63,414 nucleotides of DNA, filler included, from Octopus bimaculoides (GCF_001194135.2; 6 parts of 6 records of this genome joined end to end with filler, not necessarily neighbours in it); one strand, 5' to 3'. Shown: positions 51,301 to 63,007, numbered from the whole stretch's first letter. Notes: generated from the sequence alone by a model not told the origin. Numbers and translations are program-made.

Positions 51301-52665
51301 AGAACAAGGTGGACGTTCTAACCAGAGAAAAAAGCATTGGTTGGAAACAGCAGGGGATGTTCCAAGTAGGGTAGCTGCGGTTTGTCGGCTAGAGGGCACA
51401 GAACTGAGGAGGCTACACAACATGCACCACATGGGCGTCGGCAGGACTTTGTTTTTGGCCAGGATGGTCGACCCAAATGTCACCAAGGAGAGTGTTCGGA
51501 GGATAGCAGGGAATTGTAATAGGTGCCAATCCATCGATCCTGTCCCAAGCGCACACGAAACAGGAAAGATTTGGATAGAGGAAGGCTGGAAGAGGCTAGT
51601 AGCCATTGACGTGACATGACACACTATCGGGGAAAGGTGTACCTTTCGATGGTCCACTGCGGACCGGGGCGAATGGCTATATAGAGAGAAATCAGGGCAG
51701 AGACTGCTGCCGAAGTTGCAGAAGAACTGAATGTGGTGTTCCTGGAAAGGAGTCTGTAGACGAGCTATTAATGGACAACAGCACAGAGCAGCTGAGGGAG
51801 ATGCGCGAAAAGTGAAGCACGAAACGCTTCTTCAGAGCTGCATATAGGCCAGGTGGAAACGGAATTGTGGAATGGCACCACCGTATGCTTAAAGTCATGG
51901 CTGAGAAAGGATGAATCTCCTTCATGAAGGCAGTCTTCTGATACATGTCGCCCAGAGTAAGGCAAGCCGAAGAGTCGGTTCCGCAAAGAGCCAAATTCCG
52001 GTGCAAATGGAGACATCCAAGCGTTGTGCCGCAGCAGTCAGAGGTGGAAGGGGTTGCATCTGTACAGGCTGGAGACGAAGTGTGGATGAAGCCCCCGAAT
52101 GCTCAGTGCACAATGCAGTAGGGAAAAGGAAAGGTGACTGCGATCAGTACTCCGAATAATATATCAGTGGGTAGAATGCCGCGTCACGTCCTGGATATTC
52201 GAAAGGTGATTAGCTCTTCCGATGTCGAAGGGAGAAGCAAGCCACATGACCCTAGGGAGATCTCAAAGGGATTGTCGCCCCCACAAGTGAATGAACGTTT
52301 ACGAAACAGAACAGGGGAGCAATGATCTTTAGATCAGCGGGGAGTGTGTGGTGGAAGGATAATTGAGCAGAAGGGAGAAAGAAAGACGTCGTGATGGGAC
52401 CGGAAGGGGACGAGACGACGTCACGTCGGCGAGAGACAGGTTCAAGTCGGCCTCTTTCTTACGGTGTCTGTGGGCGTGACAAGTCGTGTGCTGCTAGCAG
52501 TCGTGTGTAGTAGTCCTAGCTGGTGAGGGATCGGCAAAGTCGACGCACGATTACAACTGGTAGCTCCCGATTGCAATTTTATTTCGGGCCTATAAACCAC
52601 TATGTCATACGTTAATTCGAACCCCAGAATCACACGATTGTGAAGCGAACTTCTTCACTATATAG
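48380..52665 (-). mobile_element. SINE family C copy interrupted by the LTR element (halves 48380-48503 and 52602-52665)
   Basis: Joining the flanks gives ...AAACATTTGACGAAGATGTC-ATACGTTAATTCGAACCCCAGAATCACACGATTGTGAAGCGAACTTCTTCACTATATAGCC. Its reverse complement is a continuous tRNA-like SINE head. Confidence 0.55.
48504..52601 (+). mobile_element. Complete but decayed Gypsy-like LTR retrotransposon (4098 bp)
   Basis: LTRs 48504-48784 (TGTGGT...ACCACA) and 52347-52601 (TGTGGT...ACCACT). TSD ATGTC at 48499-48503 and 52602-52606; purine-rich PPT before 52347. Frameshifted gag (VSLMPLYLEGSAL, CFKC..PH...C knuckle), protease (MDTGC), RT (KVRPVMDFRGLN, DLKSAYLQ, SYIDDILV), RNase H (WCDANGIALG) and integrase (AIDVT, LMDNST, AAYRPGGNGIVE). 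Confidence 0.93.
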
Positions 52666-53083
52666 CCTGCCTGTATGTATGTCGCACGCACGTGCATGTC
52701 TGTGTGCGTATGCATGCATATGTGAGTCCGTCTGTGCGTGTGTGTATATTCATGTCTATGTGTGTTAATGGATGGATGGATGGATGGATGGATGGATGGA
52801 TGATGATTGGCTAGACATAAGTGTAAGAACAATAATTTGTTCCTATTTTAAGGGATTGCAGCTACTGTTGTTGGCAGCAACAATGACGACAGCGATGGTT
52901 GTAGCGTTGGTAGAGGATGTAGTGTGGTACTTGTGCTGGAGATGGTGGCAGCGGCGGCGATGGTAGTGGTGGTGGTGTGATAGTGATGGTTGTGGTGGTG
53001 CTGATGGTTATATTGGCCTTAACAGTGAATTTAATTGTGGTTGTAGAGATGCTAGGGAAAAGGACGAAGAGGAGAAGGATAGA

Positions 53084-53142
<59 letters not shown>

Positions 53143-53799
53143 ATTGGTATTGCTGGAATTTCTGATTCCTTTAACTTACCGAAAGTACACTGCTAAATTA
53201 CTAGAAATGTTGTTTGCATCTGATCGAGTTGGCTTTTAGTGTTTGGAATTGTTCCACCTCAGAATGTTCAATCAGAATTTATTAAAATCGAATCAATAAA
53301 ACTTGTCTTTCAATAAACTCCAAAGATCTCACCACTTTGAACAGAGTTTAAGAGTCTTGGATTCTTTCTGTTTTTCCAACTGCCACGATTAGTGGGGGAT
53401 GTGGCGGTAGAACTTGTGGCGATGGTACTGGACTGATGGTGGGAGCATGTGGTGGGGGGGGGGGCTGCTATGCTGCTGTTGATGCTACTAGTGGCACTTA
53501 TGCTAATGACTGTGGTGGTGACTGCAGCAATGGGGAGGACAGCAGCAGTAGTAGTGATGGTGGTGTAGAATAGACTTAGTTTTTTCTCAAGATATCTCTT
53601 GTGTTCAGTATGAGTCTCTTNNNNNNNNNNNNNNNNNNNNNNNNNNNNNNNNNNNNNNNNNNNNTTAATTAATTAANNNNNNNNNNNNNNNNNNNNNNNN
53701 NNNNNNNNNNNNNNNNNNNNAAAACGCCTAAAGCTCCACGTGGCTCCACCAGGAGCTGGTGGTGAAGCCTGCTGTACTCTTCCACCACAACTTTCACTC

Positions 53800-53985
53800 T
53801 TTCTTTCTGTTTCTGTTGTACCTGTATTTCGAAGGGGCCAGCCTTGTCGCACTCTGTGTCACGCTGAATATCCCCGAGAACTACGTTAAGGGTACACGTG
53901 TCTGTGGGGTGCTCAGCCACTTGCATTTTAATTTCAGGAGCAGGCTGTTCCGTTGATCGGATCAACTGGAACCCTCGTCGACGGA
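53800..53985 (+). repeat. Dispersed repeat (retroelement 3'-end-like); partial second copy at 62493-62562
   Basis: ATTTCA..AGCAGGCTGTTCCGTTGAT.GGATCA.CTGGAACCCTCG is shared between the two loci. Confidence 0.7.
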
Positions 53986-54279
53986 AGAAATGTGTATCTC
54001 AACGTCTCCAACGGCCATCTTTGACAAAGAATCACTGGTCCACGCAATCATCTTTTGATAAATAATCTGTGAGACGAATGTAGCATGGGCGTTCTTCCAA
54101 AATCTTGGCGAAGACCCTCGTTCCACCTTTTGAGGACAATGGTGCTAAGACTCCTTTGAATTAGGGATTCTGTTGAGCGGCAGGGATGGTGGGTGTCGCT
54201 TCCGGTATGTTTACCGTTGCAGTGCAGCATGTAGGCGATATAGGATTCGGGCGTTGATGCTGACGATTAGGATGAGGAA

Positions 54280-54870
54280 AACGATGATGGTGACGTTCAT
54301 GAAGAGGAGGTGGATGGAGGGGCACGACGACGACAAAATTAAAGGTGATGCTGATAATGGTGATGATGATATTAACGACGATGATCATGATTATGATGGT
54401 GGTGATAATGATGATGATAGTGAGGAGGAGGAGACTGACGATGATAAGAAAAATGAGGATGATGGCGATGATGATGATGATGATGAAAAAGAGGAGAAGG
54501 CAGAGGCTGAGGATGACGATGGTAACAATGTGGATGATGACGATGATGATGATGGTGGTGTTGATGATGATGGCGACGACGACGATGAAGATGATGATGA
54601 TGATGATGATCATTATCATCATCATTACTTTCTTCTTCTTCTTCTTCTCTTCCTTATTCTTCCTTCTTCTTTTTCTTCTTCTTCTTCTCTTCCTTCTTCT
54701 TATTCTTCTTCTCTTCCTTCTTCTTCTTCTTCTTCTTCTTCTTCTTCTTCTTCTTCTTCTCTTCCATCATCTTCTTCTTCTTCTTCTTCTTCTTCTTCTT
54801 CTTCTTCTTCTTCTTCTTCTTCTTCTTCTCCTTCTCATCTTCCTTCTTCTCCTTCTTCTTCTCTACCTCA
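54280..54870. repeat. Compound (GAT)n / (CTT)n low-complexity tract
   Basis: Degenerate trinucleotide runs; source of the D-rich, S-rich and K-rich pseudo-ORFs. Confidence 0.95.
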
Positions 54871-55499
54871 TCCCGCAATGAATATCATTTCCATGACGGT
54901 CTCGTACATCTTAAACTTCATCTCCCCAGAAAACATGCTTCCTCCAAGTCTCCATGTAGCATCTTCTGTCTCAGCCTCATCGCAGCCTCCCCCCACCCCC
55001 GACGCCACTCCATCACATTCTCTCCTTCTCGGTTCCAACTCTTCATCCTTCCATTCCAGTCCGTTTCTGACTTCCGGTCTCCGACCTTTCTCCTGGCATT
55101 TTATTACATCCGTTCTCCTTTCTCAACTTGCTCTTCGTCATGCTAACAACACACTAACACAGAGACACTCACACACACATACACACACACACACTAACAC
55201 ACACACACACACACACACATGCACACACACTTATATACAGAGATACTTTATGCATGTCTGTGTACGGAGTTATGTTGTACGCACGTATGTGTTTATATAT
55301 ATGTTTGTGTGTGTGTGTGTGTGTGTTAATGTGTGTCTGTTTGTGTGTGTGTGTGTGTGTGTTAATGTGTGTCTGTTTGTGTGTGTGTGTGTGTATGTCA
55401 GCACGTATGCTTGTGTGTGTGTGTGTGTGTGTATGTGTGTGTAAATGTATATCTATAAGCAGGTGGGCGTGTTACATCTTTTAATATATATACCCGTGC

Positions 55500-55533
<34 letters not shown>

Positions 55534-56211
55534 ATGTGTGTTTGTGTTCGTGTGTATGTATATGTATACTTCTACNNNNNNNNNNNNNNNNNNNNNNNNN
55601 NNNNNNNNNNNNNNNNNNNNNNNNNNNNNNNNNNNNNNNNNNNNNNNNNNNNNNNNNNNNNNNNNNNNNNNNNNNNNNNNNNNNNNNNNNNNNNNNNNNN
55701 NNNNNNNNNNNNNNNNNNNNNNNNNNNNNNNNNNNNNNNNNNNNNNNNNNNNNNNNNNNNNNNNNNNNNNNNNNNNNNNNNNNNNNNNNNNNNNNNNNNN
55801 NNNNNNNNNNNNNNNNNNNNNNNNNNNNNNNNNNNNNNNNNNNNNNNNNNNNNNNNNNNNNNNNNNNNNNNNNNNNNNNNNNNNNNNNNNNNNNNNNNNN
55901 NNNNNNNNNNNNNNNNNNNNNNNNNNNNNNNNNNNNNNNNNNNNNNNNNNNNNNNNNNNNNNNNNNNNNNNNNNNNNNNNNNNNNNNNNNNNNNNNNNNN
56001 NNNNNNNNNNNNNNNNNNNNNNNNNNNNNNNNNNNNNNNNNNNNNNNNNNNNNNNNNNNNNNNNNNNNNNNNNNNNNNNNNNNNNNNNNNNNNNNNNNNN
56101 NNNNNNNNNNNNNNNNNNNNNNNNNNNNNNNNNNNNNNNNNNNNNNNNNNNNNNNNNNNNNNNNNNNNNNNNNNNNNNNNNNNNNNNNNNNNNNNNNNNN
56201 NNNNNNNNNNN

Positions 56212-56267
<56 letters not shown>

Positions 56268-56847
56268 TACAAACGCACACATGTACATACGCATGCGCAC
56301 ACATACATTTCTTCCGCTTTTATCTTAATCAAAGAACCGTTTGTGTCCTTTTGGTTTTTGTGTTTTCACCATCCTATCTAAATTATCTATCTATCTATCT
56401 ATTTATCTATCTATCTCTCTATCTCTCTATCTATCTATCTATCTAGTTATCTGCCTATGTATATATATATATATATATATATACATACATACATAAATCA
56501 TCTATCTATCTATCTATCCTCTCTCACTCTTCCTTTCCCTGTTACTCAAGATACATATATACATGCATGTACAGAGAGAGAGAGGGGGGGCGAGAGAAAG
56601 CTTGATGGATTCATAAACGCTCACACACGGACGCCGGTGCACATATACAGATGCACACATACGCACACACATATACAAACACACACACATACACACTCAG
56701 ATGGTTACTCTCTTCCACTTAGACTCCCCTTTTTACTTTATCTTTTGGGTTATATCTTTCTCACTTTCTAACTTCCTTTCTTTCTCCCTCTTTTTTACCC
56801 CTCACTTTGTCTTTCTACATATCTATTCCACCTCTCTGTGTCACCCC

Positions 56848-56901
<54 letters not shown>

Positions 56902-57078
56902 TAGTCTTTTGTCTCTTTCAATCTTTCTAGTCACCAACACTGCCACAAGGTCTCTCTCTCTCTCTCATAAACTTTCTCTCTCTCTCTCTGTCTCTCTTTG
57001 TATTTACGTTCTCTTCCTTCCACTCAGCCATGTCTCACTCAGTTCCCCTCCTTCTCTCTCTCTCTCTCTCTCTCTCAC

Positions 57079-57116
<38 letters not shown>

Positions 57117-57328
57117 TTATGTTGCTTCTGTCTGTCTGTCTCTCGTTCTCGCTCAGCCAATGTCTTTCTCGCTCTCTCCGTCGACTCTCTCTCTGTCATT
57201 TATACCTCTGTCTGTCATCTCTCTCTCTTTTTCCGGCACCTCTCTCTCTCTCTCTCTCTGTATCTCTCCTTCTTGTTCATGTTCGCTGTCTCTCTCTCTC
57301 TCTGTCATGTCTCTCTTTCATACACACA

Positions 57329-57364
<36 letters not shown>

Positions 57365-58052
57365 CTCTTACTCTATATCACTTTCCTCGCTTCCAATCTC
57401 CCTCTCCTCTTCGTCTCCCTGAAAGTTGCTCCCTCCTACACTCTCCTCCTACCAGCAACTATCACCNNNNNNNNNNNNNNNNNNNNNNNNNNNNNNNNNN
57501 NNNNNNNNNNNNNNNNNNNNNNNNNNNNNNNNNNNNNNNNNNNNNNNNNNNNNNNNNNNNNNNNNNNNNNNNNNNNNNNNNNNNNNNNNNNNNNNNNNNN
57601 NNNNNNNNNNNNNNNNNNNNNNNNNNNNNNNNNNNNNNNNNNNNNNNNNNNNNNNNNNNNNNNNNNNNNNNNNNNNNNNNNNNNNNNNNNNNNNNNNNNN
57701 NNNNNNNNNNNNNNNNNNNNNNNNNNNNNNNNNNNNNNNNNNNNNNNNNNNNNNNNNNNNNNNNNNNNNNNNNNNNNNNNNNNNNNNNNNNNNNNNNNNN
57801 NNNNNNNNNNNNNNNNNNNNNNNNNNNNNNNNNNNNNNNNNNNNNNNNNNNNNNNNNNNNNNNNNNNNNNNNNNNNNNNNNNNNNNNNNNNNNNNNNNNN
57901 NNNNNNNNNNNNNNNNNNNNNNNNNNNNNNNNNNNNNNNNNNNNNNNNNNNNNNNNNNNNNNNNNNNNNNNNNNNTATATATCTTTCTATTTATCTATTG
58001 ATCGATCTGTCAATCTATCTATCTATCTATCCATCTATCTATCTCTCCATCC

Positions 58053-58103
<51 letters not shown>

Positions 58104-59082
58104 AGCCTGTTAGTCGATTAATCTGTCTGTCGATCTTTTTATCTATATATTGGACTATCTATCTTTCTATCTATTTGTCTGTCTTCCTGTCTGTCTAGTT
58201 ATTTATCTATCTATCTATCTCTACCTGTCTGTCTGTCTCTCTCTCTGTCTGTCTGTCTATCAATATGTGCGTGTGTCTGTTTACAAATACATACGTGCGC
58301 ACGTCCACGAGTCGTATTATCTCCCTCGTAACCATTCATAATTTCATTTCTCAGACTTATTGGCGGTTTACCTCCCTCTATCAGTCTCTCATCCCACAAT
58401 TTTTATCATCTTCTCTATCTCTCTGCCTGTCTCTGTCTCTGTCTGTCTGTCTCTCTGCCTCTCTCTCCCTCTCTCATTCCTCTCATTTCTCTGTCTATCT
58501 TTCTTTCTTATCCACACTCTTTTGTTTCGTCCTATTCGCAAGGGACAAACGACTAAGGAAGCAATTAATTTTGACCCCACCCTGCACTCTGTATCACGAT
58601 GAACAATGATACAAGGTCTTCGCAGTTGATTCGTCAAGACGTCATTAAATGTAAAATATTCCAGATCGTTCTGTGTCTGTTTCACAGAGATTGCTATTGG
58701 ACAAGACAAAAAAAGGCAGCGGCTCCTTGAAGCGTGGTAATATTTTAGAGCCTTTATCTGCTGAAAGGTGGAGTCAAAGGTTATATATTTTTACAGAAAG
58801 TTCATACACATGCATGCATGCATGCATGTATGCATGCATGCATGTATGCATGCACGTATGTATGTATGTATGTATGTATGTATGTACGTATGTACGTACG
58901 TATGTATGTATGTATGTATGTATGTGTGTATGTATGTATCTATCTATCTATCTATATCTATCTATGTACGTATATGTGTATANNNNNNNNNNNNNNNNNN
59001 NNNNNNNNNNNNNNNNNNNNNNNNNNTTAATTAATTAANNNNNNNNNNNNNNNNNNNNNNNNNNNNNNNNNNNNNNNNNNNN

Positions 59083-59249
59083 TTGCATAAGCTGCTGTAG
59101 TTAAGAATTACTAGTTAAGAATTGCATAAGCTGTTGTAGTTAAGAATTACTAGTTAAGAATTGCATAAGCTGTTGTTGTTAAGAATTACTAGTTAAGAAT
59201 TGCATAAGCTGCTGTAGTTAAGAATTACTAGTTAAGAATTGCATAAGCT
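59083..59249. repeat. 39-bp minisatellite, about 4.3 copies, truncated by a gap
   Basis: Unit TTGCATAAGCTG(C/T)TGT(A/T)GTTAAGAATTACTAGTTAAGAA starts at 59083, 59122, 59161, 59200 and 59239. Confidence 0.95.
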
Positions 59250-59525
59250 CTGTTGCGACAGAGAGAGGACACAGCATGTTAGTGTGTCTGTATATGTATA
59301 TGAAGGTTTGAAAAGGTTTAATGGTTTATAGCTTGTGAGATGAGAAGAGCAGCAACTGTGATAGTAGAAGTAGAACTTAGGGATAGAGCAGACAGAGTGG
59401 ATCAATGATTGTAGTGTCTTGATAGGAGAAAGTTTGAGGTGGTACACAGTTTGTTGGTTCAGACGAGTAGGAGCTGTGAAAGCAGTGGTAGAAGAGAGCG
59501 TTCATTGTGATCTTGGTGATAATGG
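59250..59525 (-). mobile_element. CR1/Jockey-type LINE 3' fragment (degenerate)
   Basis: Minus strand reads LFYHCFHSSYSSEPTNCVPP, like the LFYRYFHG.CS.EL...PP motif at the end of such RTs. Confidence 0.5.
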
Positions 59526-59669
59526 ACTAGAGATTTATAAATTATCATTCAATCGATTGGTTTATAATTAATGAGGTTTAGAATACACAACGACCAACAT
59601 ATACTTAACAGTTGTATCTAATTACTAATGTAACTTAGGAGGGTTATTGATCACATAACTAAACACCTG

Positions 59670-59812
59670 CAACACCTTCGTGATCGCTTCAGACAGGCCA
59701 GCGTGACAGCTCGTGGGGCCATTGGCATTGGACAGCGACCCGTCAGCGACGACACGATACAACGTCGACTGTCCGCCAACAACCGGCGTTGCCGTAGTCC
59801 TGCTCGAAACCT
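59670..59812 (+). mobile_element. Tc1 transposase HTH fragment
   Basis: Reads HLRDRFRQASVTARGAIGIGQRPVSDDTIQRRLSANNRRCRSPAR, matching Tc1 HLR.RF..A...A...IS..TV.RRL...GL..R.P. Confidence 0.75.
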
Positions 59813-59869
59813 CCAGCTTTTCTGTTAACTACATCTTTGGGATGTAGTTAACAGATAAATTCACATTTG

Positions 59870-60110
59870 GAACTTGTGAAAAGTCTTTCATATCTTTACT
59901 GTTCCACTCACAGATTGCACTTGTAATGTACGAATTAGCTGGTCAATTTACCCTTCCGAAAACCCCAGTTTATCCAGATTCTCCTTTAAGCATTTACTAA
60001 CAAAACCTAGTGCTCCAATTATTATTGGTATGAATATGTATTCATGGTCTGGATATAGAAGCTGGAGGTTTCGAAGCAGTTTCCCATAGATATCCTCTTT
60101 TTCTTTGATT
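59870..60110 (-). mobile_element. REL-type retrotransposon C-terminal fragment
   Basis: Minus strand reads KEKEDIYGKLLRNLQLLYPDHEYIFIPIIIGALGFVSKCLKENLDKLGF...QVQSVSGTVKI; PI.IGALG is typical of the REL C-terminus. Confidence 0.75.
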
Positions 60111-60119
60111 TTCAAAAAG

Positions 60120-60150
<31 letters not shown>

Positions 60151-61089
60151 TGTATGTATATGCTTGTCAAGAGCAGGGCTCATTAGCCACCGACGGAGCC
60201 GCAAATGCAAAATATAAGTTAGTCCTAGAGCGCACAATGTTCCTGAAGGTCGGCAATGGTCTTCCTCGGTCACGAGTGGACGGCCATCGTCATGTATGTA
60301 TGTATATGTGTGTGTGTGTATGTATGTATGTATGTATGTATGTATGTATGTATGTATGTATGCATGTATAAGATTAAATGAATGGAGTTATACGCATGTG
60401 TTAAATGATTTCTTTTATTTCCGACATATGTTTCGAAGATTACAATTGGTTCATTCCAAAGGAATGAATGATGTTGAGAAAGATGTAATCTTCTCTTCAG
60501 GGAAATACATAAAAATCAACTCAACCGTAAGACATTATTACCGAATGTATGTATGCATGTATGTATGTATGTATGTATGTATGTATGTATGTATGTATGT
60601 ATGTATGTATGTGTGCAAATATGTATGTGCATGTATATTTTAATGCAAGTTCTACTCTTTTTTATGAACATACAGTTTTAGTGAAGTCTAAGAAGATAAA
60701 AAAAGTCAGTTTGGTCCCGCTTTCTCTGATAAAACTTGCTAATTAATCATCTCGTTTTCTTTTCGCAGCGACACCAATATTCTAAGCTTAACAATAGATC
60801 CATCTTAAATAGGTTTACAAAATATCTGATGACCCTGCATGATTCATTATAAATAAATTAGTAGATATATAGGCAGTTAGATTTCTATCTTGATTTTTGT
60901 ATAATTTACAGGTTTTTTGTCAGAGATATAAAGTGTGTCTAATGTAGTATGTGCAAAAGCGTGTATAGATAGAATCGTGTACATACGTGTGTATATAAGT
61001 ACTAAGTTATATGCAACGGTATATACGAAAGGAATGCGTTAATCATGAACGGACTTGAACGGAATACATTACTCGGCAACGATATTGGA

Positions 61090-61147
<58 letters not shown>

Positions 61148-61755
61148 NNNNNNNNNNNNNNNNNNNNNNNNNNNNNNNNNNNNNNNNNNNNNNNNNNNNN
61201 NNNNNNNNNNNNNNNNNNNNNNNNNNNNNNNNNNNNNNNNNNNNNNNNNNNNNNNNNNNNNNNNNNNNNNNNNNNNNNNNNNNNNNNNNNNNNNNNNNNN
61301 NNNNNNNNNNNNNNNNNNNNNNNNNNNNNNNNNNNNNNNNNNNNNNNNNNNNNNNNNNNNNNNNNNNNNNNNNNNNNNNNNNNNNNNNNNNNNNNNNNNN
61401 NNNNNNNNNNNNNNNNNNNNNNNNNNNNNNNNNNNNNNNNNNNNNNNNNNNNNNNNNNNNNNNNNNNNNNNNNNNNNNNNNNNNNNNNNNNNNNNNNNNN
61501 NNNNNNNNNNNNNNNNNNNNNNNNNNNNNNNNNNNNNNNNNNNNNNNNNNNNNNNNNNNNNNNNNNNNNNNNNNNNNNNNNNNNNNNNNNNNNNNNNNNN
61601 NNNNNNNNNNNNNNNNNNNNNNNNNNNNNNNNNNNNNNNNNNNNNNNNNNNNNNNNNNNNNNNNNNNNNNNNNNNNNNNNNNNNNNNNNNNNNNNNNNNN
61701 NNNNNNNNNNNNNNNNNNNNNNNNNNNNNNNNNNNNNNATATATATATATATACA

Positions 61756-61882
61756 CAGGGTGTCCACAAGGTCTGAGTACATGGAGTCAATAAAATCATA
61801 ACAAAAACAATTAAATATAAGAAATAATAATTTCTGAAAGTATGTGTTAATCCCCATGCACCCAGACTTTGTGGATACCCTG
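61756..61882. mobile_element. Tc1/mariner-type MITE (127 bp)
   Basis: TIRs CAGGGTGTCCACAAGGTCTGAGTACATGG / CCATGCACCCAGACTTTGTGGATACCCTG; followed by TA and preceded by a TA/CA tract. Confidence 0.85.
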
Positions 61883-61924
61883 TATATTATGACGAAGTAA
61901 ATATACGAATCAGTGTTAGGGTTA

Positions 61925-61959
<35 letters not shown>

Positions 61960-61984
61960 CATGTGTGTGTGTGTTTGGATGTCT

Positions 61985-62297
61985 TTATGCCTGTGTTTGT
62001 TCCCCCGCCACCGCTTGGCAACCAGTGTTGGTATGTTTACGTCCCCGTAACTTAGCGGTTCAGCAAAAGAGACCGATAGAATAAATACCAGGCTTTAAAA
62101 ATGTACTGGGGTGGATTCGTTCTAGTGAAATTCTTCAAGGCGGTGCCCCTGCATGGCCGCAGTCTAATGACTAAAGCAAGTAAAAAAATAGAAGACAAAA
62201 GATCTTACGTATACAGAAACAATGTTTCGTTATTTCTGTCTCTTTAAATCTTTTACTCGTTTCAGTCATTTGACTGTGGCCATGCTGGAGCACCGCC
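61985..62297. mobile_element. SINE 3' half (+, 61985-62185) followed by an inverted 3' end (-, 62251-62297)
   Basis: GGCGGTGCCCCTGCATGGCCGCAGTCTAATGACTAAAGCAAGTAAAA and its reverse complement, with 7 mismatches in 47 bp. Confidence 0.8.
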
Positions 62298-62397
62298 NNN
62301 NNNNNNNNNNNNNNNNNNNNNNNNNNNNNNNNNNNNNNNNNTTAATTAATTAANNNNNNNNNNNNNNNNNNNNNNNNNNNNNNNNNNNNNNNNNNNN

Positions 62398-62492
62398 AAA
62401 GGCAAAGTCGACCTCGGCGGAATTTGAACTCAGAACGTAGCGGCAGACGAAATACCGCTAAGCATTTCGCCCGGTGTGCTAACGTTTCTGCC
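62398..62492 (-). mobile_element. SINE family A head (cut by a gap)
   Basis: GGCAAAGTCGACCTCGGCGGAATTTGAACTCAGAAC...GTTTCTGCCA. Confidence 0.85.
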
Positions 62493-63007
62493 ATTTCACA
62501 AGCAGGCTGTTCCGTTGATTGGATCATCTGGAACCCTCGACGTCGTAAGCCACGGAGTGCCAACGACAACAACATAGTTTTTAGCAGCAGTGTGGCCTTC
62601 CCCTCAGCCCCATCATCTCACCCCACTGTGCTGCTGTTGTCCTAAGACCCGAAAAAAAAGAAAAAAAAAAAAGAAAATGGTGCAATTCCTGTATTCCTCT
62701 GTCTATGTGTGTTCGCCCACGGTGTTGCCATCGTGGCAGTTGTTGCTATTGCCATGGTTGGCACCGTCGCTGATGCTGATGCTGTTAGTTGTGTTGTCGA
62801 CATTGTTATGACCGTCCATGAAATTTCATGTGTGTGTGTTTGTGTGTGTATGTATGGGTTCGCTTCGTATGTAGTATGTATCCACACAAGCATACGCACA
62901 CACACACGCACACACACACTGACACAAACGCATGCGCACATAAGGATACACATCTTAGAAGTAAAGAATGCAGTAAGTGGAGCAAGAACACACACGAAAA
63001 CGAAAAG

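Noticed and set aside
54173-55444. 423-aa Asp-rich / Ser-rich ORF
   Set aside because: It is built from (GAT)n, (CTT)n, (CA)n and (TG)n tracts; overlapping frames give equally low-complexity peptides; no splice or domain support.
59083-59249. CRISPR-like array
   Set aside because: The units are contiguous with no unique spacers, in a eukaryotic context with no cas genes.
59912-60000. Strong acceptor CACTCACAG followed by DCTCNV... as a possible post-SEA exon
   Set aside because: It lies within the antisense strand of the REL retrotransposon fragment, and there is no good donor.
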